DNA from: the human T2T-CHM13v2.0 reference genome, Homo sapiens
DNA: 64,000 bases
Assembly: GCF_009914755.1 (NCBI RefSeq)
Contig: NC_060928.1
Reading direction: 5' to 3' (one strand)
Shown here: positions 24,600 through 38,808 of the stretch, in pieces
Layout: the number at the start of each line of letters is the position of its first letter
Position numbering within the stretch: the stretch's first letter is position 1
Position numbers and translations under genes: made by a program
The notes under the pieces: generated by a model
Told to the model about the DNA's origin: nothing
Databases searched by the model: none
Seen by the model: the letters and a program-made list of their open reading frames with translations, nothing else

Positions 24600-26966
24600 C
24601 CTCTGAAATGTGAACTTTATAAGTGCATTTAGTCCTCTATCCCCATGATGGAAGCATGAAGGGATTTTGCACTGTGCACTGGGAGAACCACATTGAACTC
24701 CTGGAGGTAAAACTCATAAAAGTGTGGGGACTCCCTATCACTGCTCCCCATCCTGGAGTTTTGAACTCTCAGACTTGCCTACAATGAGCCTCTAGCAATC
24801 AATTACTGTTTAGGTTTTTCTGCTCTGGTTCTAGTTCCCATGGCCGTTTCTGCTTCAATAAGCCATGACTCCTTGTATGCACCTGTCTGTCAATCCAATT
24901 TTGGGGTCAGTGATTTGCCCTGACACCTGAATTCTCTGACAGCTCTAGGACAAGTTGTTGATTTTTGAGCTTCTTCAGCTTTTTCCTTGTTAGGATAAAG
25001 TAACAACATTCAAGTTCCTTACATGATGGGCCCAAATTGAAAGTCTGAAAAACGTTGAACATTTCTTTTGGGCAAAAATCCCCTCAGTTTCATTCATCTG
25101 ACAAGATTTGTATTTCTCCTTAACTTTTGAGAGATAATTTCACCGGGTGTAGACTTATAAGTTGGTGGTTCTTATCTTTCTATACTAAAGATTTTGTCAT
25201 ACTCTCTTTTGCCTTGCATGTTTTTTTTCTGAGAAGTGTACTGTCTTTCTTATCCCTGTTCCTCCAGAAATCAAGTACTTTATTTTCTCTTAGGCTTCTC
25301 TAAAGATGTTTTTTTGGTCTTTGGTTTTCTACAGCTTGAATATGACACGTCTAAGTATATGTGTCTATGTTTTTGTGTTTTTTTTTTTAATATTTATGCT
25401 TCTCTGAGCATCCAAAATCTGTAATTTTTTGTTTGGTGTTAATTTTGGAAGGTTCTCAACTATTATTTCTTCCAATGTTTCTTCTGCTCCATTTTTTGTT
25501 TTTCTCCTTCTGATATTCCAATTATACATATATTTTAACTTTTGATATTATCTTACAGTTGTTGGATAGTCTGTTCTTTTAAGATTCTTTTTCAGTTTAT
25601 TTTAGTTTGGAAAGTTTCAACTGATTTATCTTCAAGCTCACTCTTTATTTCCCTGGCTGTTTTGAGTACACTGAAGAGCCCGTCAAAGGCAGTATTCATT
25701 TATTTTACTATGTTTTTTACTTCTAGCATTTCCTTTTGATTCTTTCTTAGGATTTCCATATGTCAACTTATTTTACCTATCTGCTCTTGAATATTATCTA
25801 CTGTTTCATTAGAGCCCTTACCATAATAATTCCTATTAATTGAAACGCCCAGTCTGATAATTTCAATACCTATCTCAGCCATGAGTCTAATTATGGTGAT
25901 TCTCTGTTTCATCAGATGGCATTTTTTATTGCATTTTGACATTCTTTATATTTTTTTGTGAAAGCCAGGCATGTATCAGGTAAAACAAATTAAAGTAAAT
26001 AGGACCTTCGTGTCAGGATTTATGGTAATCTGGCTAGGAATTGGGCTGTGTTTAGCACATGCTATAGTTATAGTTGCCAGATGCTTCATGTTCTTCTAGT
26101 GTCCTTGTATTTGTCTCTTCTTACCTTGAGTTTCTCTGAGTGCTTCTAGTCAGAGGGAGTTTGTGTTGCAGCCCTTTTAGATGTAATCTACTGTTATACT
26201 GGAATTGTATTTGTGTGGTGGTAAGGTGTGGGAGAGTAGGAGCATTATATAATCTTGCAATTAAATCTGTCCTTTAGTGGGTTTGTATCCCTGGGGTGTG
26301 ACCTTCACAACTGTTTCTCTGGTGGTATGGACTAATTTTCCTTAGATTCCCACTTCTTTCCCAAACTGCAGTGTTCCCAATTTATGTCCTTGAAGCCCTG
26401 GTCCTTGTTGACTATGTATTTCTGCTCTTTGGTGAAATGGAAGGGTTAGCGTAGGCTGGAGCAAGAGAAATTTCCTTCTCCAAGCTGAGATAAGGTTCCG
26501 GCATAGCCTTTTCTACTGAAGAGTGTGCCTTTGTTATGGAGAATGCTCTGAGTGTATTTCAAAATGATTCATTTTTCCCTCCACTTTACAGAGCCATAAG
26601 GGGACTTTTCTCCCGTCTTCACCATCAGAATCTGGTAGAGCTCCTGGAGGTAAAGCCTATTAAAGTGTGGGCCACTTCTAAGACTGTGTTTCTCACTCTT
26701 TAGATAGTCTACTCTCATGCAGTTAATCAAAAATTACCATTTAAGTGTTTCTTTGTTTTCAGCACTTTAACAGCTTCTGCTTCAGATAAGCAGATATTGG
26801 TCTCTGGTGCATCTGTTTTCCCAAATTTCAGGATGATAGTTTGCCTTGCAACTTCAGCTCTCTGATGAGTCTGAAAAAAGACATTGATTTTAAGTTTGTC
26901 CAATTTTCTCTTATTGTAATGACAACAGTGACAGCCTCTATGCTGTCAAAACTAAAACCAGAAGTC
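24600..26966 (-). mobile_element. L1MC/L1MD-type 5'UTR and ORF1 remnants; the 5' terminus occurs twice
   Basis: Antisense ORF1-like text at 25060-25900. Homologous 5'-terminal blocks at about 24690-25045 and 26630-26966 (ctcctggaggtaaa..aaagtgtggg..aagtc). Confidence 0.7.
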
Positions 26967-27139
26967 TAGCTTGCCATAATTATTAGACATGGAAGGAAAA
27001 GATTGTGTAAGTAATTTATAAAGAAAAACATTGTTTTAAAGTCAATAAAAAGGTACTGTTTAGTACTAAACTTAGAGACATCATGTTAAAATGACTAAAC
27101 AGTAGTCTCTTATTTTAATCAATAATGAAAACACATTGT

Positions 27140-27180
27140 TGAGAGAGAGAGAAACAGAGAAAGGGACAAAGAAACAGAGG

Positions 27181-27212
<32 letters not shown>
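27140..27212. repeat. (GA)n-rich microsatellite
   Basis: Read directly. Confidence 0.95.
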
Positions 27213-27213
<1 letters not shown>

Positions 27214-27884
27214 TTTAACACAGCAGTATTCCTCTCATCTAAACAAGAACTATTTTGTCTCTAGTCCTCTTTTCCTGTTAGCTTTGAAATGACTGTATAA
27301 TTATGTCACTTTTTGGACTCCTGAGAATAAAAATTTAATAAGCTTGAATACACTTGGCCATTTTGAATAACAGCATATTCTAAAGTCCTAATTTGGAAGG
27401 CATGATATCAAATAGTATGTGAGCTTTAATTGTTAATTAGCTTTGACTACACCAAGCATATCTACTCTGTAAAATAAAAGCCCCAGATATTAAAAATTTC
27501 AAATAAATAGTTCGAGGATTTCTGATGATGTAAATGAAGTCATAAGATAATTATATGAGTAAATATTTTGTTTTTATTAGTATAACAAATCATTCCAATT
27601 ACACTGAATTAAATGAATATATGTTCTAACATTTCAGCAACCTGCATGATGTCACTGCTATAGCACTATGATTTTCATATTACATACTCTTGAGACACTT
27701 TCCAGAGTATATATGGCTATGTTATAGCATGGTAAGTATTACAATGTGTATGTCTGTGTGCCTATGTAATAATTTTTATGATGCTCTACTGGTCTTCAAT
27801 GGAGTCTGGATGATTTCAGGTTTGTGAAAGGAGCATTAAAATTTTTCTCTAGATACTATGCTAATATATCTAAGATACTTATTT

Positions 27885-29761
27885 CATATATTTTTTCAAC
27901 TTTATCTTATTCTTTTTCTGAAATAAGAATCAGGAGGTACATGTGCAGATTTGTTACAAAGATATATTGCTTGAAGTTGAGGTTTGGAATAAACATGAAT
28001 CAGCCAGATAGTGAGCATAGTGCCCAATAGGTAGTTTTTCAATCCTTTCCTCCTTCTTTGCCTCCTCTCTCTTGTATTCCCCAATGTCTATTGTTCCCAT
28101 CTTTATGTCCATGGGTACCCAATGTTTAGCTCCCACTTATAAGTGAGGATGTGTGGTATTTGGTTTTCTGTTTCTGCATTAGTTCACTTAGGATAATGGC
28201 ATCTAGCTGCAGCCATGTTGCTGCAAATAACATAATTTCATTGTTTTATGGCTGCATAGTATTTCATGGTGTGTATGTACCACATGTTCTTTATCCAGTC
28301 CACCATTAATGGGCACCTGAGTTGATTCCATGTCTTTGCTATTGTAAATAGCACTGTGATGAACATATTTTTGCATGTGTCTTTTTGGTAGAACAGTTTA
28401 TTTTCCTTTGGGTATATCCAGTAATAGGATTGCTGGGTCAAATGATAATTCAACTCTTAGTTCATCTAGAAATCTCCAAACTGCTCTCTACAGTGGCTGA
28501 ACTGATTTGCATTTCTACCAACAGTGTCTAAATGCTCCCTTTTCTCCACAGCCTTTCCGACATCTGTTATTTTTTGATTTTTTAACAAAAGCCATTCTGA
28601 CTGGTGTGAGATGGTATTTCATTGTGGTTTTGATTTGCATTTCTCTGATGAATAGTGATGATGAGTATTTCTTCCTACGTTTCTTGGCCACTTGCATAAT
28701 TTCTTTTGAGATGTAGACACATCTCCTGTCCTTCATGTCCTTGTCCACTTTTTAATGGGGTTATTTTATTCTGGCTTATGGATTTGTTTAAATGTCTTAT
28801 ATATTCTGGATAATACAACTTTGTCAGATGTATAGTTTGCTAATATTTTCTCGAATTCTATAGATTGTCTGTTTGCTCTGTTGATAGTTTGTTTTTTGCT
28901 GCACAGAAGCTCTTTAGTTTAATTAGATCCCACTTGTCAATGTTTCTGTTGCAATTTTTTTTGAGGACTTAGCCATAAATTATTTGTCAAGGCTGATATT
29001 GAGAAGGATATTTCCTAGCTTTTCACCTGGAATTTTTATACTTTGTAGTCTTATATTTAAGTCTTTAATGCATATTGAGTTAATATTTGCATATGGTGAT
29101 AGATTGGGGTCCAGTTTCATTCTTCTGCGTATGGATAGGCAGTTATTCCAGCACCATTTATTAAATAGGAAGTCTTTTCCCCATTGTTCGTTTTTATTGG
29201 CCTTGTCTAAGATCAGATGGTTGTAGGTGTGTGGCTTTATTTCTGGGTTCTTTATTCTGTTTCATTAGTCTATGTGTCTGTTTTTGTACTGGTACCATGC
29301 TGTTTTGGTTACTGTAGTCTTATAGTATAGTTTGAAGTTGGGTGATGTGATGCTTCTGGCTTTGTTGTTTTTGCTTAGGATTGCTTTGGTGATTTGGGCT
29401 CTTTTTTGGTTCCCTATAAATTTAAGACATTTTTTTCTAGTTCTGTGAAAAATTATGTTGGTAGTTTGATAGGAATACCACTGAATCTATAAATGGTTTT
29501 GGACAATATTGCCATTTTAACTATCTTGATTTTTCCAATCTGTGAGCATAAAGTGTTTTTCCACTTATTTTTGTCATCTCTCATTTCTTTCAGCAGTGTT
29601 TTGTAGTTCTCTTTGTAGAGCTCTTTCACCTCCTTCATTAGCTTTCTAGATATTTTACTCTTTTTGTGGCTATTGCAAATGATATTGCATTCCTGATTTG
29701 GCTCTCTGCGTGAACGTTTTGGTGTACACAAATGCTACTGATTTTTTTATATTGATTTTTT
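27885..29761 (-). mobile_element. L1PA15/16-like, 5'-truncated
   Basis: ORF2 peptides (QKDTCKNMFITVLFTIAKTWNQLRCP; [18 protein letters not shown]) and 3'UTR. 12-bp TSD AGATACTTATTT at 27873-27884 and 29762-29773. Confidence 0.93.
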
Positions 29762-29989
29762 AGATACTTATTTTAATGGTATAATGATTTCAAATTCCCT
29801 CTATTTTATACACATTTTTTCAGCCAGTCTGCATTTTTTACTTTATCAAACCACAATTTAAAGAAAACTTTCATTCTTGCATTAAGAACAATTAAATACT
29901 GTTGATGAATAACATAGTTTGTAGGCAGAACAGAAACTGGTTTTATAAGTATTTTCCCTTAAGATAGAGGTCATTATATAACCCACATC

Positions 29990-30172
29990 AATGAGTTCTC
30001 AAGAGTGTGGTCTCCTGACCAGCCACATCAGCAACACCGAGGAACCTATTAGAAATTCAAATTTTCAGTCCTCAGTCTAGACCTGTTGAATCAGAAACTC
30101 TGGGAATGGGACCCAGCAGTACGTACTTAAACCCATCAGGTAATTCTGATTATTTTTAAATTTGAGAACTCT
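29990..30172. mobile_element. MER5A (hAT-Charlie MITE)
   Basis: gttctcaa..gtgtggtc..accagc..catcagc..gaatcagaaactctgggaatgggacccagca..ttgagaac. Confidence 0.85.
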
Positions 30173-33100
30173 CTTAAATTATAGAGATCCAAAAGGAAAC
30201 AATTCCTAAGGATTCAAAAGAACAAAGGTGTATTAGTGTTAAGTCGATTGTTTCTTAATCTTCTGAATTCTGTTTCTTTCCTTTCCTTTTACAAGTTTCT
30301 GTTATTTCAATAATATGGTTCTTTTTCCTTTAGAAGTGGCCACTGCTAAAAGTTGAGTGCAACTGATTTAAGCACTCAGCAAATTCTTACTTCAAAAGTT
30401 ATGTTTGAGAGCAGATTAGTAATTAGTATTCAATTACTTTAAAAATTCTCAACTCGGCCCTGATTAAATCATTCCAAGTAGTATTTTACGATCGATAGAG
30501 GGAAAAGAAAGGATTTATATATATCTGCAGAGTTTAAGGTCCATTAAAATGTAAACATTACAGCATGTTGTTAAATATGGCATCAAATGTGTACTTACTT
30601 TAGCTTTTATTGTCCTGATTACTACTAAAAAGAGAAAATAACTAGTGTTTCTTCTTGTATTTCTCCTGTGCTAATTTGTATCATAAAAAGAAAGTAATAA
30701 AATTTTTTTAAGAAACAACATAAAAAGAAGCCTAAAGGGGATAAGGGAATATAGAAAGGAAAGTATTGTGAAAGATGGGTGAAATTGTGTCAGATGACAT
30801 TGGAGAGACTTTTTCAGGTACAGCAATAAGAAGGAAATAAGGCCATATTTGTGAAAAGTCACTTGTCACTTGTCAAATAAAGGACATGAACTAAAGAGAT
30901 CTGACCTATTCCTATTTCCCCATTCATTAAATGATAGATATACATGTTCAAATTTCTTGCTCCCTCTGTGCTTTCATTTGTCTCCCTGAGGAAGAGGGGT
31001 CTCAATACCTGCCTACACCTACTGTGTGGAAAAGTATAAAGGCAAATAATGAGGCTTAAATATAGATTTCTTTGGGGATGGAGTTGGGGGGAACTGAATG
31101 GGGGATGGAATTGGGATGGTATTGAAGGGCTTGTCTAACTTATTTTCCCTATGTTTTACTGGACTATATCTTAAACAAAATAACATGTGAGAAAATAAAA
31201 GATCTTTGGGCTTCAAGAGATATTAGACATTATCTAGACCAGTTTTACCATTTTAAAAATTCAGTGCAATTTAAGTCTCCGGAAGTTAGCCTAATGTCAA
31301 ACAATAATTAGCAACAAACACTAGGCTCAACTCATGTCCTTGAATATCATTCTGTGTTTAGACATTTTCTAGAGGGCCGGAAGAAAAAGTGGCATTTATT
31401 TAGCTATAAACATATTTTTCTATTTGAGATTATGAATAATATCATGGTAACAAAAGATGAAAAGCAACAACAATATCTCTAAAAATACATTTTGCTTTGC
31501 CTAGAATTCAGTAAAAAAATCATTTCAAAAATGTTATACTCAACCACATTGCTCTGCCTAAGCAATGCAGAGAGCCAGCAAAGTAGAAGGTTGTCCCAAA
31601 AGAATTTGTACCATAAAGCTTTGAAAAAGCCCTTCAGTTCAGCTCAACTCAATTGAAAAAAATATTTCTTAAGTGATTACTATTTTCTTCCAAGAAAAAT
31701 CCTGTATTGTTGGTAAACAAAAGTGCATAAACTATGCCCTTTATCCATAAGGAGCTCAGTCTCATAAGGAAAACATACATTTGTACAACTAACTATAATG
31801 CAAGTCAAATTATAATAGGTGCTAGAATTAAAATGCAAAATTATACATATGAATATGTAAACATACATTTTTAATTCCTATTTAAAATTTAACATATTGC
31901 CTAGCCCAAAAATACATTAATACGCAGTAGTAAAGAAAATTCCAAATCTTAATTCAACAACAATGCAATTTATGTATCATTAATGGCAGAGTATGATCGA
32001 GTAATAAAATTCTGGGTCATTCTCACTTGATGTTTTGATAAATGTTTCTCAGAACTGAGCAAAGTCTACACGATAAGTTCCAGACATATTCTACCAGTTC
32101 ATTGTACAGACTGATAAAATATTTCAGGTAAAATAGAAAATCTGGATAAAGACCGGGTATACATATGGAATGGATAAATTTTGCATAGGTTTGGGAGACA
32201 GAGAGTAAATTTCTGGCAGTCTGTCCACTTTCTACAGAAAATGTTAGGTTTTGCTAGTTCAATAAGTCAACCGTGGCCTCATAGATAAAAGCATAGATGA
32301 GAACAGCAGCTGTACCTGGATATGGTGCAAATCCCTTATTTAATTATTTTTGTATGGTCATGACTGAAGTATAGTCACACATTCTCCCAGCATGACTGCT
32401 GATGGAAAAGTCTTTGAAATTCTCTTGTGTGAGATAATTTTAAATGTCTGCTTCTTTCTCTACCACATTCCATATATGGTGATAACAGAAAAGGCATTCC
32501 ATTTTCATTGCTTTGTACATGGAAAATGCCATTTTTAGAATTTTCTCAAAGTATGCCAAGAAGTTATACTATTTGGCCTGAGAAAATGCAATGGCATGCA
32601 TCTGCCAACTCCTGCTACTGTTGCGAGGTCATTTTAAGCAATTTATAAAGTAATTGTGTCAGGAGCTTTGCCATGCTAGTAATCAATAGGCTTTTTTTGA
32701 GAAGTAAATGTAATTTAGCTACTTCTTTACTTGATCCCAAATAAATTATACCTAGAAACATAAGTCAATATGTTCTTTTAACCAAGTATGTATACTCTAT
32801 TTGTTCTAGTTATCACATGAATGTAGGATTCAAACATACCTTGAAAAATCATTTAGCATATCACCTTACCTTCATTCAATATAGTCTTTAAAATTTATAA
32901 CAACCAGTATAACCACAGTGCCATATGTTAGTCCTATAGTTGCTGGATTAGAGATAGTTCAGGGCCCTAGTTAGAAGCCGGGTGACCAAGGAAGTAGTGA
33001 GGCACTAAGGGGGTTAAGGAACCACTTTTTATCAACTTGAATACTTGACATAGTTAAATATAGTGCTATATTGTATCCACTGTTGAATATTGGCTGAACA

Positions 33101-33709
33101 TAAGCCCTGGCAATATTCAGACAAAGCATGAAAAACCTTCCTTTTTCCTATGATCCTGGGACCATGTCCTCTGAGTTCATATGAAGTGTCAGATTCGATC
33201 CTAAATCTTCAGGGCCTCACTATCAATCAAAGCAAGTTGTCCAGTTTGAGAAAAAACCTTCTCTTCATCTGTAATCTAAAAGAATTGTAAAGAAATGAGA
33301 ATTCAAAACTTTTTAATGCTAATTTTCATAAGTATCCATGGTCAATTCTGTCAATAGTATATTTCTCATATTTTCCATATGACACTCATATTTCCTTTCT
33401 CAAGTCATGGGCTCATGTCGATTTTCAAATGCACCTTTCTCTGAAATATATTTTCTCAGAATCACACAAGTTAGCACTTGGATACTCAATAACATGCATT
33501 ATGTTCTAGTTGCTTCAAGTAAGGAAGCCTTATACCCTTTTGCAAGGTAAACCATTGTTTAAAGGTTATATTTTGTATTTTTTGTGGATTCACCATTGCA
33601 CTGTGCAAGAAATACAGTGAATATTACTTTTGCTTCTTTTGTTTATGTTTAGCATATTTATCAACCTATTGATCTATTATTTATTTATCAATCTATTTCA
33701 TATATTTGC

Positions 33710-34177
33710 TGTTATTTATATTTCTTTTGCTGCTTTAGGAAATTATCACAAACTTAGTAATTTAAAACAATACAAATTTATTATTTACAGTTATGTAGGT
33801 CTGAAGTATAATATGCATCTCACTGGGCTTAAACCGAGGTGTGGGCAGGGCTGATTTCTTTCTGTGCACTCTAGGGAATAATTCATTTCCTGCCATTTCT
33901 AGCTTCTAGAGCTACTTCCCTTTCTTGTCTCCTGGCCCCCTTCCTCCAGCTACAAAGTCAGCAACAGTGAATCAAACTCTTTTGATGCTGTATCTTTCTG
34001 ACTTAGAACTCATATGGAGTTTATCTCCTATACATCTAATAATTATTGTTCATATAGTAGGTATGTATTGGATGAACACAAAGGCCTTCAAAACACTGCA
34101 CATACTTGACATCCATATTTCTTATGAATTTAAGTTATTCTGGAGATCTTTAGGGGGCCGTTATTTTGCTTACCACA
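33710..34177 (-). mobile_element. MLT1 (D/E-like) LTR whose middle is replaced by a local duplicate
   Basis: aattatcacaaacttagtaatttaaaacaatacaaatttattatttacagtt.. at the left; terminal atctttagggggccgttattttgcttaccaca at the right. Confidence 0.8.
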
Positions 34178-37100
34178 AAGTCTAATTTATTCAGCCAAGT
34201 TCATCTTGTTCTATTCTCAGGAAGAGTGAATAGCTGGTCAATAAATTAGATGTAATAAAAACTATCAAATTACTGTACAGAAGAAGGTAAAAGGCATCAT
34301 GTCTCCCTACTCAGTAATAGTCTTTACTTTCTTTTTTAAAACATACTCTAGGAAAATTATAAATCAAAGTTAATAATCTAGCTGAACATTCATATCCCTA
34401 GATGTTAAAAATACCTCTTTCTTTTCCATACTTGTACTGCCCTTTAAGTGACCAACTCTATAGTAAAATCCTGTAATGGCATTTCGATGCAGGTGTTTAT
34501 CATGACTTGCCAGTGCTGGGAAAGTTCCCAAAGTTATCTAAAGGTTCTTCATCCTTCTGCTCACCCATAATGTACTACATTATTGGCTGTCACAGTGTAC
34601 AAAGGCCCCGTAAAGAGGATACAGAAAATTAATATACAAATAGCCCAGTTTGACAAGGTTGGATATTTGAGAATTATATTCTCGTTCAATTTTATCATTC
34701 CAGTATATTAATTTTAATTAATTTTAATTCCTGCTCCATTGATTACTATTACTGTCACTGTGAACAATTATTTGACTTTTTAAAACTTAGTTTTGTAATA
34801 TACAAAATAATTAAATGAGATAACATAATAATTAACATTGAGTAAATGTTTGCTCTTTTTCTCTCTTCTTTATATTTAAACTATTTTTAGTAGAAATGGC
34901 AAATTTTGTCATGCCTTATTATTTTTAATTAGCACACGATTAGTATTAATTTACTGCCTTACATATAAAACCCTTTGAATTTAAGAATCCAACCTTTTCT
35001 TCCTGTCTTATAACCAGTTGTATCAATGAATGGATAGCATATTGTTCATGAAGACAAATTATTTAGAAATTTTTAAAAACATTATATTTTCTTCAAAATT
35101 TTCTACATCTTATTAAACAGAGGCCATGTCTAATTTATCATTTTATCTCATATGCAGCAATAATTATTGTGAATATAGTAGGCATCTGTTGGATAAACAC
35201 ATAGGGATTCAAAGTACTGCACATACTTGATTTCCATATTTCTCATGGGTTCAAGTTATAATAATTTTATTTATAGATAATAAATCTGTCTCATGTGTAC
35301 CTTCCTCAGAAGTAGTTTACATGACTTAATCTAAAATGCTTCTTTTCCCACAACCCAATCAATTCAGATTCAATAATTAAGTAAGCTGTCTCTATTTTTT
35401 TTTTTACTTATAAAAAATGGCTTTTTTTGAGATTGTGACTAAAGTACTTCAAAATTGCTTGAGGAAGATGAAAGTAATTTTAGTAAAAGTGGTTTTGTGG
35501 GTCATTTCTGAAGAATCAGTTTCTGAACAATGAAGATAAGATGAAAATACAAGTCAGGCAGAAATACATATTCAGGCAAGATATGAAAGTTGTTCTGGGA
35601 AAATCTTTCAGCTATTAATTTCACTGAGCTTCAATTCACAGAAGTCAATAATAGCTTCATGCTTTACAGAGTAGCTGAATGAATTTCATTTGCAAAAGTG
35701 GATGAAAACAAAGACACCAAAGACTTCCAATCCAACGCATACAGAAGGAATATTATTTGATATGCAACATTAATTAATTTCACATTTTTTAACCTTAAAT
35801 ACTTATTTATTCCTCCTGACCAACTGCAACTTAGTACCCTTTGATCAACATCTCCACATTCTCACATACCCCAAACTTTTGGTAACCACTATTCTACTCC
35901 CTGCTTCTAAGAGCTCAATTGTTTTGGATTCCAAATATAAGTGACAACATGCAGTCTTTGTCTTTCTGTGCCTGGCTTATTTCATTAAGCATAATGTCCT
36001 CCAGGTTCATCCATATTGTTCTTAATGACAGAATGTTCTTTCTTTTTTTAAGACTGCATAGTACTCCATTATGCATATATACAGGATGATAATCCATACT
36101 CTGAAAATGTGAAAACTGAAAACCTGCAAAATTCAAAACTTTTGGCCAGTCATATAATGCCACAAGTGGAAAATTCCACACCTGACCTCATGTGACAAAT
36201 CACAGTCAAACTGCAGACACACAAAACACAGTTTACTCAGCATCCCCAAGAGAAAAGATTTTCCCTGCCCCCTTCAGGTGTGAAATATCTTTTCCACATA
36301 TGCACAGATTCCCCCATGCAAGCACACCCACAAAGGGTACTAAAATGGCACGTGTGTAGCCTCAACATGCCAACAACAAGTTCACCACCATGATACCTGA
36401 CATAGGGCCGAGATCTACGTGCGTTACTCATTGTGATTTTTTTGTTGCTGTTTATTTTCTGCTCTGTGGTGTAAAGATATTGTTAAAAATGTTTAAAAGG
36501 CCTGCAGAAACCCCTGTAGGTAACAGTGGTAAGAAAAAGATAAAACACAAAAAGTCAAGCTGCCATTGAAACTTGATAGTTGCTTTAAGTGTGAAACATC
36601 TTACAGAAGACTATGGTCATCATATATACCTGAAAAAACATAAGGATAAATTGTTAAAGTTCTATGGTGAAAAAGATGAACAGAAATTAATAAAAAATAG
36701 AAAGGCACTGTATAAAGCTAAAAAGGAAGGTCTTATTTTATGATTAAGATCTGGATCAGGTATTGAAAAATTAGATCTATCATCATTGTAATGAACACAT
36801 CCCATTTAATAGTACGCTGATCATGAAACAAACAAGCAGAGATCTATCATGATAAACTGAAAGTTAAAGGGAGCTGTGAATACTCAAGAGTCTAGCTGCA
36901 GAATTAAAAAAACACACGGCATTACTCGTTTAGAGATTTGTGATGATAAAGCAGCTGCTGAACACAAAGCAGTGGGAATATCCATTGACAAGTTTGTCAA
37001 GATTATTGCTGGTGAAAATCTGATGCCAAGACAAGTCTATAGTGCTAATGAAACATCACCGTTTTCGTGTTATTGCCCAAAAAGACACTGACTACTGCTG

Positions 37101-38808
37101 ATGAGCCAGCCCCTACAAGAATTAAGGATGCCAAAGACAGAATAACTGTGCTAGGCTGTGCTAATGCAGCAGGCATGCATAAGTAAACTTGTGATAGGTT
37201 CAAATGTGCATGCTTGTTGTGTCCAAGGAGCAAATGTCTGCCAGTCAATTATGATGCTAACAAAAAGGCATGAATCACCACGGACATCTTTCATTATTGT
37301 TTTCACATACATTTTGTATCAGCAGCTCATGCTTACTGCAAGAAAACAGGACTGAATGATGACTATAAGATTTTGTTATTCTTCAACAAGTGTTCTGTTC
37401 ATCCTCCAGCTGAAATACTCATAAAAAGTAATGTTTATGGCATGTACTTTCCCCAAATTTGAATTCAATTATTCAGCCATAAAAGAGGGTACCCTTAGAT
37501 CAATAAATAGTAAATACGAAAGGATACCATACATGTTGTTGCCAACACTTTGAACACAATGACACAGTTGGGCATGCCTGGAACAACCTCTGGCCTGTGA
37601 TTGTGTTCAGTGATGATGATGAACAAGGTGGTGACTTCGAAGGATTCCATATGTTAAGTGAGAAATAAATGATGTCTGACATTCTTATCTATGCAAAAAA
37701 AAAAAAAAAAATACATTCCGAGTCCTTCAGTAAGCCAGAAGAAGTGATATTGAAGTTTGTAACATTGAAAATTAGGCTCAGGGGGTGTTCCAAGATGGCC
37801 GAATAGGAACAGCTCTGGTCTGCAGCTCCCAGCATGTTTGGCGCAGAAGATGAGTGATTTCTGCATTTCCAACTGAGGTACCTGGTTCATTTTCTTGGGA
37901 CTGGTTGGACAGTGGGTACAGCCCAAGGAGGGCGAGCTGAAGCAGGCCAGGGTGTTGCCTCACCTGGGAAGCCCAAGGGGTTGGGGGATTTCCCTTTCCT
38001 GGCTAAGGGAAGTGGTGACAGACTACCTGGAAAAACAGGACACTCCCCATCCAAATACTGAGCTTTTCCCAAGGTCTTAACATCCGGCAGACAAGGTGAT
38101 TCTCTCCCGTGCCTGACTTGGCAGGTCCCACACCCACAAAGCCTTGCTCACTGCTAGTGCAGCAGTTTGAGATCATTCTGTGAGGCTGCAGCCTGGCGGG
38201 GGGAGGGGTGTCCGTAATTGCCGAGGCTTGAGTAGATAAACAAACAGCCAGGAAGCTTGAACTGGGCAGAGTCCACTGCAGCTCAACAAGGCCTACTGCC
38301 TCTAGACTCTACCTCTGTGGACAGGGCATAGCTGAACAAAAGGCAGCAGACAACTTCTGCAGACTTAAACGTCCCTGTCTGACAGCTCTGAAGAGAACAG
38401 TGGTTCTCCCAGCACGGCGTTTGAGTTCTGAGAATGGACAGACTGCCTCCTGAAGGGTCCCAGACCCCCGTGTAGCTTAACTGGGAGACACCTCCCAGTA
38501 GGGGCCAACAGACACCTCATATAGGCGTCTACCCCTCTGGGATGAAGTTCCAGAGGAAGGATCTGGCAGCAATATTTGCTGTTCTGTAATATTTGCTGTT
38601 CTGCAGCCTCCGCTGGTGATACCCAGGCAAACAGGGTCTGGAGTGGAACTCCAGCAAACTCCAACAGACCTGCAGCTGAGGGACCTGTTAGAAGGAAAAC
38701 TAACAAGCAGAAAGGAATAGCATCAACATCAACAAAAAGGTCATCTACACCAACACCCCATCTGTAGGTCACCAACATCAAAGACCAAAGGTAGACAAAA
38801 CCACAAAG

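Noticed and set aside
36876-37355. Jerky/TIGD-like domesticated transposase gene
   Set aside because: Fragmented frames within a TIR-bounded Tigger4 that is split by an L1; a dead transposon.
38569-38605. 17-bp tandem duplication in the L1PA 5'UTR
   Set aside because: As I recall this is a subfamily consensus feature, not locus-specific.
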